From the NCBI GenBank assembly GCA_904420445.1, contig CAJFVJ010000001.1, positions 10,973-74,972 of the forward strand: a stretch of 64,000 nucleotides of DNA, written 5' to 3'. The notes beneath the pieces are model-generated. The model was not told where the DNA came from and did not search any database. It saw only the letters and a list, made by a program, of their open reading frames with translations. Both the position numbers and the translations under genes were made by a program. Below, piece after piece: positions 18,546 to 27,903 of the stretch (positions are counted from its first letter, which is position 1; each line of letters opens with the position of its first letter). The DNA is from Candidatus Adamsella avium (GTDB lineage Bacteria; Cyanobacteriota; Vampirovibrionia; Gastranaerophilales; CAJFVJ01).

Positions 18546-19238
18546 ATGAAAATATACGGCGGAATATATATGAAAGACGACGGTCTGAGCACAGCTGTAA
18601 GAGGAATGCACCTCCAGACAGAGTTTTTCAGAATAGGAAGCGATAACATAGCAGGCGCAAGCAAAGTTGGTTATCAGGGCAAAAAAGCCGTCTTATCCTC
18701 ATTTGCCGAATATCTTGGACCTTATGCACTCTCAGAGGTAAAAGACACCACTCCCGGAAGAATTCAGCAAACAGGAAACCCCCTTGACCTTGCCTGTGCA
18801 AACGAAACATATTTTCAATACCAGACCCCTGAAGGAATAAAGCTCACAAAAGACGGTCGTTTTCAACTTGACAAAGACGGCTGGCTAAGAACCATCGAAG
18901 GGCACAAAGTCCTCTCAAGAACCGGCAGCCCCATAAAATTCCAACATATACCGGACGACCTTAGAACCATAAAAGTTAACACCGACGGCGAAATCAGTAT
19001 ACTCAACAAACTCACAATGGAACAGGAACCGGTTGATACAATAGGTGTCGCCTCAGAAAACGGAGTCGCTGTAAGTACAGCAGACATCAAACAGGGTTAT
19101 GTCGAAAACTCTAACATTACTCTGCAGGAAGAATATCTCAAATTGCTTGCACCACGAAGGACTTTTCAGGCATGCAGACAGATGTTCATAATCCAAAACT
19201 CCGCACTCTCTCAGGTAGTCTCAAAACTCGGAAGCTGA
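18546..19238 (+). CDS. flagellar basal-body rod protein (FlgF/FlgG family)
   Basis: N-terminal rod motif (GLSTAVRGMHLQ...DNIAGASKVGYQ), TGNPLDLA motif, and C-terminal GYVENSNITLQEEYLKL. Confidence 0.8.
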   Translation: MKIYGGIYMKDDGLSTAVRGMHLQTEFFRIGSDNIAGASKVGYQGKKAVLSSFAEYLGPYALSEVKDTTPGRIQQTGNPLDLACANETYFQYQTPEGIKLTKDGRFQLDKDGWLRTIEGHKVLSRTGSPIKFQHIPDDLRTIKVNTDGEISILNKLTMEQEPVDTIGVASENGVAVSTADIKQGYVENSNITLQEEYLKLLAPRRTFQACRQMFIIQNSALSQVVSKLGS

Positions 19239-19256
19239 TTATAAGGAATAAAACAA

Positions 19257-19970
19257 ATGGATAACTTACAAGGACTTATATCAAAACAAGTAAATAATAT
19301 GCTCGTTCAGTTTGAAACATTGGGATATCTTTCAAATAACGTTTCAAATACCCAAACTACAGCCTACAAATCTCAACGTTTTGAAAACTACCTCAAAGAA
19401 GACGGTCGCCTTGAAGCAGTCTTAAGACACGACTATGTTCAGGGGACTATTATGCAAACAGGCAGAGACCTTGATGTGGCAATCAACGGCGCAGGTTTTA
19501 TTCCGGTAATCGACCAAAACGGACAAACTAAATATACCCGTGACGGTTCTTTTAGAGTTACCTCAGAAGGCACCATCGTCACAAGAGACAACTGTATTGT
19601 GGGAGGAGGAATCAATCTCCCCGCTGACTACAACAGACTCAAAATTCAACCGAACGGTAAAGTAATGATACAAAAAACAAAAACAAGCGAATTTGAAGAA
19701 ATAGGAGAAATCCCACTTGTTACGTTCAGAAACCCAGAAGGGTTAAAAGTTTTGGAGGGCAACAAAGTTGAAGAAACAAACGATTCAGGCAAACCTATTT
19801 ACCTGTCCGAGAACAAAAATTTCAAACAACATGCACTGGAATCATCCAATGTGGACATGTATGGAACAGTTCAGAACATTCTTCAGATTAATGCAAGTCT
19901 TATTGCCAGCAAGAATTTAACACAGGTCATCGACGACATGTACAAAGAAGTCATCAACCTTAGACAATAG
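19257..19970 (+). CDS. flgG: flagellar basal-body rod protein FlgG-like
   Basis: SNNVSNTQTTAYK, TGRDLDVAINGAGF, YTRDGSF and ALESSNVD motifs. Confidence 0.8.
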   Translation: MDNLQGLISKQVNNMLVQFETLGYLSNNVSNTQTTAYKSQRFENYLKEDGRLEAVLRHDYVQGTIMQTGRDLDVAINGAGFIPVIDQNGQTKYTRDGSFRVTSEGTIVTRDNCIVGGGINLPADYNRLKIQPNGKVMIQKTKTSEFEEIGEIPLVTFRNPEGLKVLEGNKVEETNDSGKPIYLSENKNFKQHALESSNVDMYGTVQNILQINASLIASKNLTQVIDDMYKEVINLRQ

Positions 19971-19986
19971 TAAAGTGAGGTAAAAA

Positions 19987-20334
19987 ATGGGATACACACC
20001 GGTAAACGCAATAGATAAAACAAATCTTATACTCGACGTCCTCGCAAAAAAACAGCAGGTAATAGGTGCAAACCTCGCAAACATTGATACCCCCGGATAT
20101 CAGCGTCAGGATATAAGTTTTGAACAATACATAGGTTCCCTCAACAGCCCGCTTGAAACAAATCTCTCAAAAAAAATGGGACCCTCGGCAATCATGACAA
20201 ACCAGGGGGGTGAAGTCAATCAGGCTCAAGAAATCGTGGATATGCAGCAGGTTTCACTCTATTACAGAATGGCTATAAGACAAATGTCCAGCAAAATCAC
20301 GGAAATAAAACAGGTTATTCAGGTAGGTAAATAA
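19987..20334 (+). CDS. flgB: flagellar rod protein FlgB
   Basis: 115 aa with the ANLANIDTPGYQRQD motif. Order is flgB-flgC-fliE. Confidence 0.85.
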   Translation: MGYTPVNAIDKTNLILDVLAKKQQVIGANLANIDTPGYQRQDISFEQYIGSLNSPLETNLSKKMGPSAIMTNQGGEVNQAQEIVDMQQVSLYYRMAIRQMSSKITEIKQVIQVGK

Positions 20335-20350
20335 CAGAAAGAAGTAGACT

Positions 20351-20794
20351 ATGGGTTTATTAGATGCAATAGAAATAGGCGCAGGCGCTCTGAATGCTCA
20401 CGGAAAAAGAATGGATGTCCACACCCAAAACATTGCAAATGTGGACACTCCGAATTATGTCAGAAAAATACCTCTTCTCATGGCAAGAGAAGACAACTCC
20501 TTCGAAGGTCTTATGAATAACATGAAAGAAAATGTCTTCGCAATCGGAACAATTCCCTATCTCTCAGGAGGAGTAAACTTTAATGGAGTAGTAGGCGACC
20601 CTCGCCCCGGAGAACTGATATACCAGCCCGGGCACCCTGACGCCGATAAAAACGGTTATATAAGAGCCTCCAATGTCAATCCTTTGACTGATATAGCAGA
20701 TGCAATGAGCGCATCAAGAGCCTATGAAGCAAACCTTGCACTCATAGCAATCACAAAAACAATGGCGCAAAGCGCACTTGATATCGGTAAATAA
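20351..20794 (+). CDS. flgC: flagellar rod protein FlgC
   Basis: HTQNIANVDTPNYVRK, GHPDADKNGYI and ASRAYEANL motifs. Confidence 0.9.
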   Translation: MGLLDAIEIGAGALNAHGKRMDVHTQNIANVDTPNYVRKIPLLMAREDNSFEGLMNNMKENVFAIGTIPYLSGGVNFNGVVGDPRPGELIYQPGHPDADKNGYIRASNVNPLTDIADAMSASRAYEANLALIAITKTMAQSALDIGK

Positions 20795-20822
20795 TACTCA
20801 ACACTAAACGGGGACGGGAAAG

Positions 20823-21440
20823 ATGTTTAGCCCTACACTTACAAAAATGATAAACTCTTCAGGCGCACAAGCAGCCATGCAACGCAGCGCCCAAATTGAG
20901 AATTTTATTACACTCCAGACAAAAAACATCCAAACTCTCGAACCTCCGAAACCGACTCAAACAAAAAGCTTCGAAGAATACCTCGAACTCGACCCTCCGC
21001 CTGTTTTCGGAATAGATACAATCAAAAACATCAAAAAAACATCAACAGACAAGAAAACTCTCCGAGCAGAAATCAACGACATAGTCAAAAAAGCAGCCGC
21101 CACCCATGGAGTTGATGAAAAACTTATCCTCGCTGTAATTAAACAAGAATCAGGTTTTAACCCGAAAGCCGTTTCTCACTGCGGAGCAGAAGGTCTTATG
21201 CAGCTTATGCCGGGAACTGCAAAAGGGCTTGGAGTCAAAGACTCCTTCGACCCCGTACAAAATGTCATGGGAGGCACAAAATACCTCAAAAATCTCCTGA
21301 AAAAATACAACGGGAACATAATCCTCGCTCTGGCAGCCTACAACGCAGGTTCAGGCAACGTAGCAAAATACAACGGAGTTCCACCCTTCAAAGAAACTCA
21401 GAACTACGTGAAAAAAGTTCTCGCAAATTACTTGAGCTAA
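20823..21440 (+). CDS. SLT-domain lytic transglycosylase encoded inside the flagellar rod operon
   Basis: VIKQESGFNP, GLMQLMPGTAKGLG and AAYNAGSGNVAKYNGVPPFKETQNYVKKV motifs. Paralogous to 3731-4417. Confidence 0.85.
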   Translation: MFSPTLTKMINSSGAQAAMQRSAQIENFITLQTKNIQTLEPPKPTQTKSFEEYLELDPPPVFGIDTIKNIKKTSTDKKTLRAEINDIVKKAAATHGVDEKLILAVIKQESGFNPKAVSHCGAEGLMQLMPGTAKGLGVKDSFDPVQNVMGGTKYLKNLLKKYNGNIILALAAYNAGSGNVAKYNGVPPFKETQNYVKKVLANYLS

Positions 21441-21460
21441 AATGAATAAGGAATATAAAA

Positions 21461-21790
21461 ATGCAAAACAAATTTACTCCCCTAATTGATGTAGTAAACA
21501 GCATCAGCGACGGAAAATTGAACACAAGCCTCAACCCGACACGCCTAAAACCCGTAAATCAGCCTGAAACAACAAGTTTCAGCGATGTAATGGGTAATAT
21601 GATTTCAGAACTCAACTCAACTGTAAATGCCCCGGATGAAGTTCTGCAAAACGCCATAACAGGCAATGGCGCTGATATTCACGATGTAATCATCGCTGTA
21701 TCAAAAGCAGAAATAGGAGTCAATATCGCAACCCAAATCACCGGAAAAGTAATACAATCATACGAAAAAATTATGTCAATTCAGGTATAA
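21461..21790 (+). CDS. fliE: flagellar hook-basal body protein FliE
   Basis: 109 aa with SFSDVMGNMI...HDVIIAVSKAEIGVNIATQI...YEKIMSIQV. Confidence 0.85.
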   Translation: MQNKFTPLIDVVNSISDGKLNTSLNPTRLKPVNQPETTSFSDVMGNMISELNSTVNAPDEVLQNAITGNGADIHDVIIAVSKAEIGVNIATQITGKVIQSYEKIMSIQV

Positions 21791-21846
21791 CACCTAAAAT
21801 GTTATATAATATTTATGATTAATCCCTTGAGTAAAGAGTAAGAGCT

Positions 21847-23502
21847 ATGGATTTTAACAAAATCTTGGAGAACAAGCCTTTGGTGGCCGCTGTTATAGGC
21901 GGTGCGGTAGCAATCGCACTGCTACTGTCAATTATTGCGCTCTTCAAACCGGCAGCAGCACCAACTCCGGGGGGAGGTAAAGTATCTTATGAAGCTAACA
22001 AAGTTATCAAAGAAGAACTTGAACTCCTCACTACCGATAACATAGGAAAAGCTATCGAACTGCAAGCACTTCTCGCCCGTGAAGGTATTCAGGCAAAAAG
22101 ACGTGCTGAAGGTCAAAAATCCACTCTCTATCTAGAAAAATATACTCAATCAGAAAGGGATCGTGCCCTCCTCGCTATCGTAAAAAGCGGTATTATGGAC
22201 GAACATATGGGGCTTGAAATCTTTGATAAAGGCGATTTTACCTCAACAAAACAGGACAAAAAAATCCGCCTCGCACGTGCAATCAACGGCGAGTTATCAC
22301 GCCTCATCAGAAAAATACCGCCTATCGAAAATGCTTCCGTTTTCATCGCAATCCCTGACAGCTCTCTGTTCACATCAAAACAATCTCCAATCACGGCAAC
22401 TGTTCAGGTAAGCATACCAAGCGGCACAACTCTCGAAAGAGATAAAGTCAGAGCCATCAAAAACCTTCTGATGGGCAGCATACCAAATCTCAGAATCGAA
22501 AATATCTCAATAACAGATACAAACGGCACTGTCTACAAAAGCATAGAATCAGCAGAAGATAACAGTATCACCATGACCGAAGAAAATGACCAGTATATGA
22601 AATCAAAAGTACAGGCTCAGTTAGATAAACTCATCGGTCCTGATAAATACGTCGTTACGGTCAGCACTTTCTTAAGACAGGTACCTGTTGAAAGAAGCAG
22701 TGTGACATATGACCCGCAAAATACTGCTGTTGCAACAGAACAACGCTTTAGCGAACAGCTCGGCGACCAGTCAAAAGACTCAAGCAAACTAAATCAGGCA
22801 GCAAGCGTCTATCTTCCTGCCGGTCTTCCTCAGGGTGCAAGCTCAGCAACAAACAGAAACTACGGAAGAGAAGCAAAAGAACTGCAATACAACGTATCTC
22901 AAACTCAAACAACAGAATACCAGAAACCCGGAATAATCGAAGATATCTCAATCGCTGTTACCATTGATCAGAATGCACTTCCGGCAAGCATAAGCACATC
23001 TGAACTCAAAGGACTTATCGCAAGAGCAGCAAGCCCGAAAGTAAATCCTGATAACGTAACAGTTGTCTTCTCGGAAGATATATCTCCGTTCCTGGCTTCA
23101 GAAAAACCCGTACAGCTTCCAAAACCTGAAAGCAGCGGCAATCCTTGGTGGACAGTAGCAGCGCTCCTCTGCATAGGTCTTCTTGCAGGTCTTTTCTTCA
23201 TCATGAAAAGAGCAAAATATGAAGCGCAAAAACATCAAAAAGAAATAGAAGCTCTCAAAAAATTCAATGAAGAACAATCAAGACAAATTCAAAACTTCAA
23301 CAACACAACAAACCAGCTTCTTGCACAGCAAACAGAACTCAAAAAAGCTCTGCTTGAGGAAACTCAAAAAATAAATCAAAACCAGCAAAAATCAATACCA
23401 AAACTAGATACATCTATTGATGAAGTAGCTCAAAAAACATCAGAATACGACGAGGAGGAAGTAGGAGAATATCTGAAATCCTGGATAGAATCAGCCAGCT
23501 AA
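21847..23502 (+). CDS. fliF: flagellar MS-ring protein FliF
   Basis: 551 aa with an N-terminal TM segment, a second TM near residue 440 (WWTVAALLCIGLLAGLFFI), and an acidic C-terminus (EYDEEEVGEYLKSWIE). Confidence 0.9.
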   Translation: MDFNKILENKPLVAAVIGGAVAIALLLSIIALFKPAAAPTPGGGKVSYEANKVIKEELELLTTDNIGKAIELQALLAREGIQAKRRAEGQKSTLYLEKYTQSERDRALLAIVKSGIMDEHMGLEIFDKGDFTSTKQDKKIRLARAINGELSRLIRKIPPIENASVFIAIPDSSLFTSKQSPITATVQVSIPSGTTLERDKVRAIKNLLMGSIPNLRIENISITDTNGTVYKSIESAEDNSITMTEENDQYMKSKVQAQLDKLIGPDKYVVTVSTFLRQVPVERSSVTYDPQNTAVATEQRFSEQLGDQSKDSSKLNQAASVYLPAGLPQGASSATNRNYGREAKELQYNVSQTQTTEYQKPGIIEDISIAVTIDQNALPASISTSELKGLIARAASPKVNPDNVTVVFSEDISPFLASEKPVQLPKPESSGNPWWTVAALLCIGLLAGLFFIMKRAKYEAQKHQKEIEALKKFNEEQSRQIQNFNNTTNQLLAQQTELKKALLEETQKINQNQQKSIPKLDTSIDEVAQKTSEYDEEEVGEYLKSWIESAS

Positions 23503-23518
23503 AAAACGGAGAAAAACA

Positions 23519-24082
23519 ATGACAGGGGAGGGTGTTAATCCTGAAATATTTGCAAAAGATATAACCACGCAAGCCTTAGAAGTCATACCAAAAGACCTAT
23601 CTGATAAGGATGCAAAATTTGTCATAGACAAAGTCTATCACTTCTGCAAAAAAACCTCTGAAGAACTCGAAGAACAAAACTTATCAAAAGACAAAAAAAT
23701 TTTCCTCACACAACTTGTAAGCGAATGGATTTTCCACAAATCAATTGACTTATGCCGGGCTCAAATAGACCCAATCTACAAAGAAAATATACTCGAGGCT
23801 GTTTCTTATCAGGTTCTTCATACATCAAAAGAAAACCTCGCAAATAACCTTCCTCTTGAAAAAAATCTCGCTCTGACAGAAGAAAAAGTCCAGAAAATCT
23901 ATATGGAAAAACTATGCTACCTCTTCAACTCCGGCAAAATAGACGAACTAACTTACACAAACGCCCTCAATCAGTCTAATATAGATAAAATGTCCAAAGA
24001 AATTAACCTCCAAAATCAAAATAACCCTGTGAAAAACTTTCAAAAAATAATTAAAACCGTTTTCGATATACTTAAAAAATAG
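23519..24082 (+). CDS. hypothetical flagellar-operon protein (paralog A of the fliG-slot pair)
   Basis: 187 aa, colinear with the first ~180 aa of the next ORF. Examples: NPEIFAKDITTQALEVIPKDLSDKDAKFVIDKVYHF vs NPEEFSKNLTSQVVGVIPQDLSEEDKKFVVNIVYKF, EWIFHKSIDL vs EWAFHKSVDL, ALNQSNIDKM vs ALSESNIDRM. Confidence 0.65.
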   Translation: MTGEGVNPEIFAKDITTQALEVIPKDLSDKDAKFVIDKVYHFCKKTSEELEEQNLSKDKKIFLTQLVSEWIFHKSIDLCRAQIDPIYKENILEAVSYQVLHTSKENLANNLPLEKNLALTEEKVQKIYMEKLCYLFNSGKIDELTYTNALNQSNIDKMSKEINLQNQNNPVKNFQKIIKTVFDILKK

Positions 24083-24092
24083 AGAGGATACC

Positions 24093-25052
24093 ATGCCAAT
24101 AGAAGGATTTAACCCTGAAGAATTTTCCAAAAACCTGACTTCACAAGTAGTCGGGGTAATCCCTCAAGACTTATCGGAAGAAGATAAAAAATTTGTAGTA
24201 AATATCGTCTACAAATTTCTTATCATGGCGGCAGGCGCACTCAACAAAGACGATAACTCACCTCTGAACGCCCAGCAGGCATCAACAATCACTCAATTTA
24301 TAGGCGAATGGGCATTCCACAAATCAGTCGACCTCTCCCGTGCCAAAATACCTCAACCACTCAGAGAACCCGTCCTGCAAGCCGTCGCATTCTCTGTATT
24401 CGACGAAGCAAAAAAAGTCATAATAAATAATGTAGACAGAGATGAAGCTATCACAAGAATCGAAGAACGTGTTAAAGCAGCCTACCAGAGCTCTCTGCAG
24501 GGTCTTGCAAAAGAAAACAAAATAGACAAGGACTCTCTTCAGCGGGCACTCTCAGAATCAAATATCGATAGAATGGCAGAAGAAGCAAAACAACATAACT
24601 CTGAAGAAAACCAGAAACCGGTAGAAATGCCTGACCAGCTTCTCAAACTGGCTGCAATCTCTCTTGTCCTCAAAAAAATGCCCCCCAAACAAGTAGAAGT
24701 TATTCTCTCAAAAATTGATCCCCGTGATGCTACGGCAATCAACTCATATATGAAACTTGACGGACTTGAAACAAAACTTGATATGCAAAAAGCTCAAAAA
24801 TTTATAAACGAATTTATGCATAAAATGCCCAAAGAACCTCAAAAAATAAATGAAGATATAACTATATCCAAAATTAATAAACTAAAAACCTCACTTCCTC
24901 AGGGAACTCTCGAAAATATTCTGAAAAATGAGCGGGAAAATATCAAAAAAATTCTTGAAGACGAAGAAACACTCAAAGACCTCTCGCCCAAAATAATGAA
25001 TATATTGTATAATTATCTTGAGGAAAAGGCGGTTGGGTACACCAAAAGATGA
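24093..25052 (+). CDS. fliG-slot protein: paralog-B N-domain plus a FliG_N-like C-terminal module (not a full-length FliG)
   Basis: 319 aa. Residues ~185-250 (LLKLAAISLVLKKMPPKQVEVILSKIDPRDATAINSYM...KFINEFM) follow the FliG N-domain pattern KAAxLLxxLG..xxxVxxxLxxxE...EF. I see no FliG_C torque-helix region. Confidence 0.6.
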   Translation: MPIEGFNPEEFSKNLTSQVVGVIPQDLSEEDKKFVVNIVYKFLIMAAGALNKDDNSPLNAQQASTITQFIGEWAFHKSVDLSRAKIPQPLREPVLQAVAFSVFDEAKKVIINNVDRDEAITRIEERVKAAYQSSLQGLAKENKIDKDSLQRALSESNIDRMAEEAKQHNSEENQKPVEMPDQLLKLAAISLVLKKMPPKQVEVILSKIDPRDATAINSYMKLDGLETKLDMQKAQKFINEFMHKMPKEPQKINEDITISKINKLKTSLPQGTLENILKNERENIKKILEDEETLKDLSPKIMNILYNYLEEKAVGYTKR

Positions 25053-25771
25053 TAATCAAAAAAAACAAACTACAGCACAATTCACCTCAAAAAGAAGAGT
25101 CTGCAAAAGAACAACCCGTTGAAGAAATTGTTCAAGAACAAACTCCGAAAAAAAACCTGCTCGAATCAGGAATATTCTCTGATGAAGAATTCCTTGACAC
25201 CTTTCAGCAGAGGCAGGAAAGAAGACGCGGCGACAGACGCCGAGGCTACAGAAGAACAGACGATAGAAATATCATATCAAGAGCCAAAGACGAAGCCGAA
25301 AATATTAAACAACAGGCAATCAAAGACGGCTTTGCAAAAGGGCTCAATATGGCAAAAGCAAACATAGACGAACTCAAAAAAACAATTGCATCTCTGCTTG
25401 CCGTCAAAGAAAAAGCTATCGACAACTACAAAGATGACATAATAGAAATCTCCGTCAAAATAGCTGAAAAACTATTGAAAAAACAAATTGAAGAAGACGA
25501 CACCGTTATATTAAATATCTTATCGGAAGTTATCTCTGATATAGCTAAAGACGAAAAACACATTATAATAAAAATAAACCCGTCTGATGAAAAAACCGTA
25601 AAAGACAATATCGCTTCGCTTATCCCGTCTTCTTTTTCGGATACAAAAGTTACTCTTGAAAAAAATCCCAAAATCGACCGTGGAAGCTGCATAGTCGAGA
25701 CAAAAAGCGGGGTAATAGACGCCCAGTTCTCAACACAGCTGGCTATACTCAAAAAAGCACTCAACACTTAA
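25049..25771 (+). CDS. fliH: flagellar export ATPase regulator FliH
   Basis: 240 aa. A basic/acidic N-terminus, then AKDEAENIKQQAIKDGFAKG...IIEISVKIAEKLL...DRGSCIVETKSGVIDAQFSTQL. 4-nt overlap with the previous gene. Confidence 0.8.
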   Translation: MIIKKNKLQHNSPQKEESAKEQPVEEIVQEQTPKKNLLESGIFSDEEFLDTFQQRQERRRGDRRRGYRRTDDRNIISRAKDEAENIKQQAIKDGFAKGLNMAKANIDELKKTIASLLAVKEKAIDNYKDDIIEISVKIAEKLLKKQIEEDDTVILNILSEVISDIAKDEKHIIIKINPSDEKTVKDNIASLIPSSFSDTKVTLEKNPKIDRGSCIVETKSGVIDAQFSTQLAILKKALNT

Positions 25772-25799
25772 CTAAACAATCGGAGGAGTAAAATCTAAA

Positions 25800-27896
25800 T
25801 TGGCACAACAAGGACAAATGCCTGCAATACCTGTCAGTGAAATATTCTTAGCAATATTTGTAGTTTGCCTTGTCTTGATTTTGCTCGTTGAGATGCCAAA
25901 CTGGGTCATCGACGCATCAATCAGTTTGAATATTACCCTCGGCATCGTCCTGTTGATGATATCCTTGTTCGTACAAAAACCTCTCGAGCTTGCTTCATTC
26001 CCTTCAATTATTCTGCTTGGAACAATGTTTAGACTTGTTTTGAGTATCGCATCAACAAGACTTATCCTCGCAAAAGGCGAAGCAGGCGAAGCAATCGAAG
26101 CATTCGGACACTTCGTAACAGGCGGAAATATGATTGTCGGCGGTGTTATCTTCCTCATCATCACAATCGTTCAGTTTATGGTTATCACAAAAGGTTCTGA
26201 ACGTATCGCCGAAGTTTCAGCAAGATTTGCCCTCGACGCCATGCCAGGTAAACAAATGGTTATCGACGCAGACTTTAACGCAGGACTTATCTCTCCTGAA
26301 GAAGCCGTAAGACGAAGAGAAAGCCTCCAAAGAGAATCAGCTCTCTTCGGTTCCATGGATGGTGCCATGAAGTTCGTAAAAGGAGATACCATAGCGGGTA
26401 TTATCATCGTAATCATCAACATCGTAGGCGGTCTTGCCATCGGGATGGGGATGAACGGACTCCCCCTTGAGGAAGCCGTATCAAAATATACAATCCTAAC
26501 AATAGGTGACGGTCTTGCCTCACAGCTCCCTTCACTGCTGATGGCGGTATCAAGCGGTATCGTTATGACCCGTGCAACAGCAGACAGCACCAGCTTGGGT
26601 AAAGACCTTGCAGGACAACTCATGAGCAAACCGTTCGGTCTGTTCTATGCTTCTGCATTCCTTTTGCTAATTGTCTTAACAAGCCCGATAACAGGTCTGC
26701 CGGGATGGTTCTTCGCTCTGTTTACAATCATAACAGCTCTTGCAGGCTTCTCCGTTCTCGTATCACAGGACGTTCAACAACAACTCGGACACCTCGAGAG
26801 TGTTAAACAAAACATGCAGGATATGGTCAACCCTAACAGAATGTATGAAAGACTCGGAGTTGATATCCTCAGCCTGCAGGTAGGAAGCGGGCTGTTAAGC
26901 ATCGCTGACCCTGAACAGGAAGGCGACCTCCTCGCAAAAATTGCCGCTCTAAGACAAAGAGTAACGGATGAACTCGGTTATATCATCCCGAACATAAGAA
27001 TTATGGACAGTACAGCCCTCGACCCGAACGAATATCTTATAGCTATCAGAGGCAACAACGTCGCAACAGGAAAGGTTTATCCGGGTAAATTGATGGTAAT
27101 AGCAGACCAGTGGCGTGCTTCAAGAGTACCTATTCCGCCATCCGCTGTCGAAAGTCTTGACCCGACATATCAGGCTCAGGCAATCTGGGTTTTGCCGAAA
27201 GAAATTCCGCCGTCAAAAGGAATTAACGGTGTCACTGCAACGGATGTAATCATCACACACCTGCAAGAGTGCTGCCGTAAGTATGTAGATGAAGTAATGA
27301 CAAAAACAGATGTCCTCAAACTTATGGAACTCGTTAAGAGCCAAGACCCGACTCTTGTCAACGACCTCGTTCCCGCTATCATCTCTACAAGCGATTTGAG
27401 AAAAATCTTCGTCAACCTCATCAGAGAAAAAGTTTCTATCAAAGATATCATCTTCATATTCGAAAGACTCTGCGACTACGCAAGATTTTCAAAAGAACCG
27501 GATATCCTCTCGGAAAGACTCCGTGCCGCACTCGGACGTCAAATATGTTTATCAAACTGCGAAGGCAAAACGCTCTATGCACTCACTCTTACTTCAGAGT
27601 GGGAGAAAACTCTCGACGACTCTTGCCAGAGAACAGAACTCGGAACTATGTTCCTTCTCAACCCGATGCAGGTTCAGGAACTCATCGAAGTTACTGCCTC
27701 AACCCTCATGAGAGCACACCATGTCATCGGAAGACAGCCTGTTATATTATGTTCTCCGAGAATTCGTCTTCCGCTTTATCAGCTGCTTGAAAGACATATT
27801 CCGACCATCGTCGTTATATCTTACAGCGAGCTGATTACTGATATAAGAGTCGAAGCAATTGATACAATCGGTCAAAACAGCGGGATAGGAGTGTAA
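25800..27896 (+). CDS. flhA: flagellar export gate protein FlhA
   Basis: 698 aa with a TTG start after GGAGG. FHIPEP motifs present: MPGKQMVIDAD, FGSMDGAMKFVKGD. Multiple TM segments plus a C-terminal cytoplasmic domain. Confidence 0.95.
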   Translation: MAQQGQMPAIPVSEIFLAIFVVCLVLILLVEMPNWVIDASISLNITLGIVLLMISLFVQKPLELASFPSIILLGTMFRLVLSIASTRLILAKGEAGEAIEAFGHFVTGGNMIVGGVIFLIITIVQFMVITKGSERIAEVSARFALDAMPGKQMVIDADFNAGLISPEEAVRRRESLQRESALFGSMDGAMKFVKGDTIAGIIIVIINIVGGLAIGMGMNGLPLEEAVSKYTILTIGDGLASQLPSLLMAVSSGIVMTRATADSTSLGKDLAGQLMSKPFGLFYASAFLLLIVLTSPITGLPGWFFALFTIITALAGFSVLVSQDVQQQLGHLESVKQNMQDMVNPNRMYERLGVDILSLQVGSGLLSIADPEQEGDLLAKIAALRQRVTDELGYIIPNIRIMDSTALDPNEYLIAIRGNNVATGKVYPGKLMVIADQWRASRVPIPPSAVESLDPTYQAQAIWVLPKEIPPSKGINGVTATDVIITHLQECCRKYVDEVMTKTDVLKLMELVKSQDPTLVNDLVPAIISTSDLRKIFVNLIREKVSIKDIIFIFERLCDYARFSKEPDILSERLRAALGRQICLSNCEGKTLYALTLTSEWEKTLDDSCQRTELGTMFLLNPMQVQELIEVTASTLMRAHHVIGRQPVILCSPRIRLPLYQLLERHIPTIVVISYSELITDIRVEAIDTIGQNSGIGV

Positions 27897-27903
27897 GTGC
27901 CAC

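Noticed and set aside
25801-25816. TGGCAC sequence resembling a sigma-54 -24 element
   Set aside because: There is no TTGC at the required spacing, and it coincides with the flhA start codon region.
25772-26629. Minus-strand ORFs (130 and 152 aa) within flhA
   Set aside because: They are antisense shadows of flhA.
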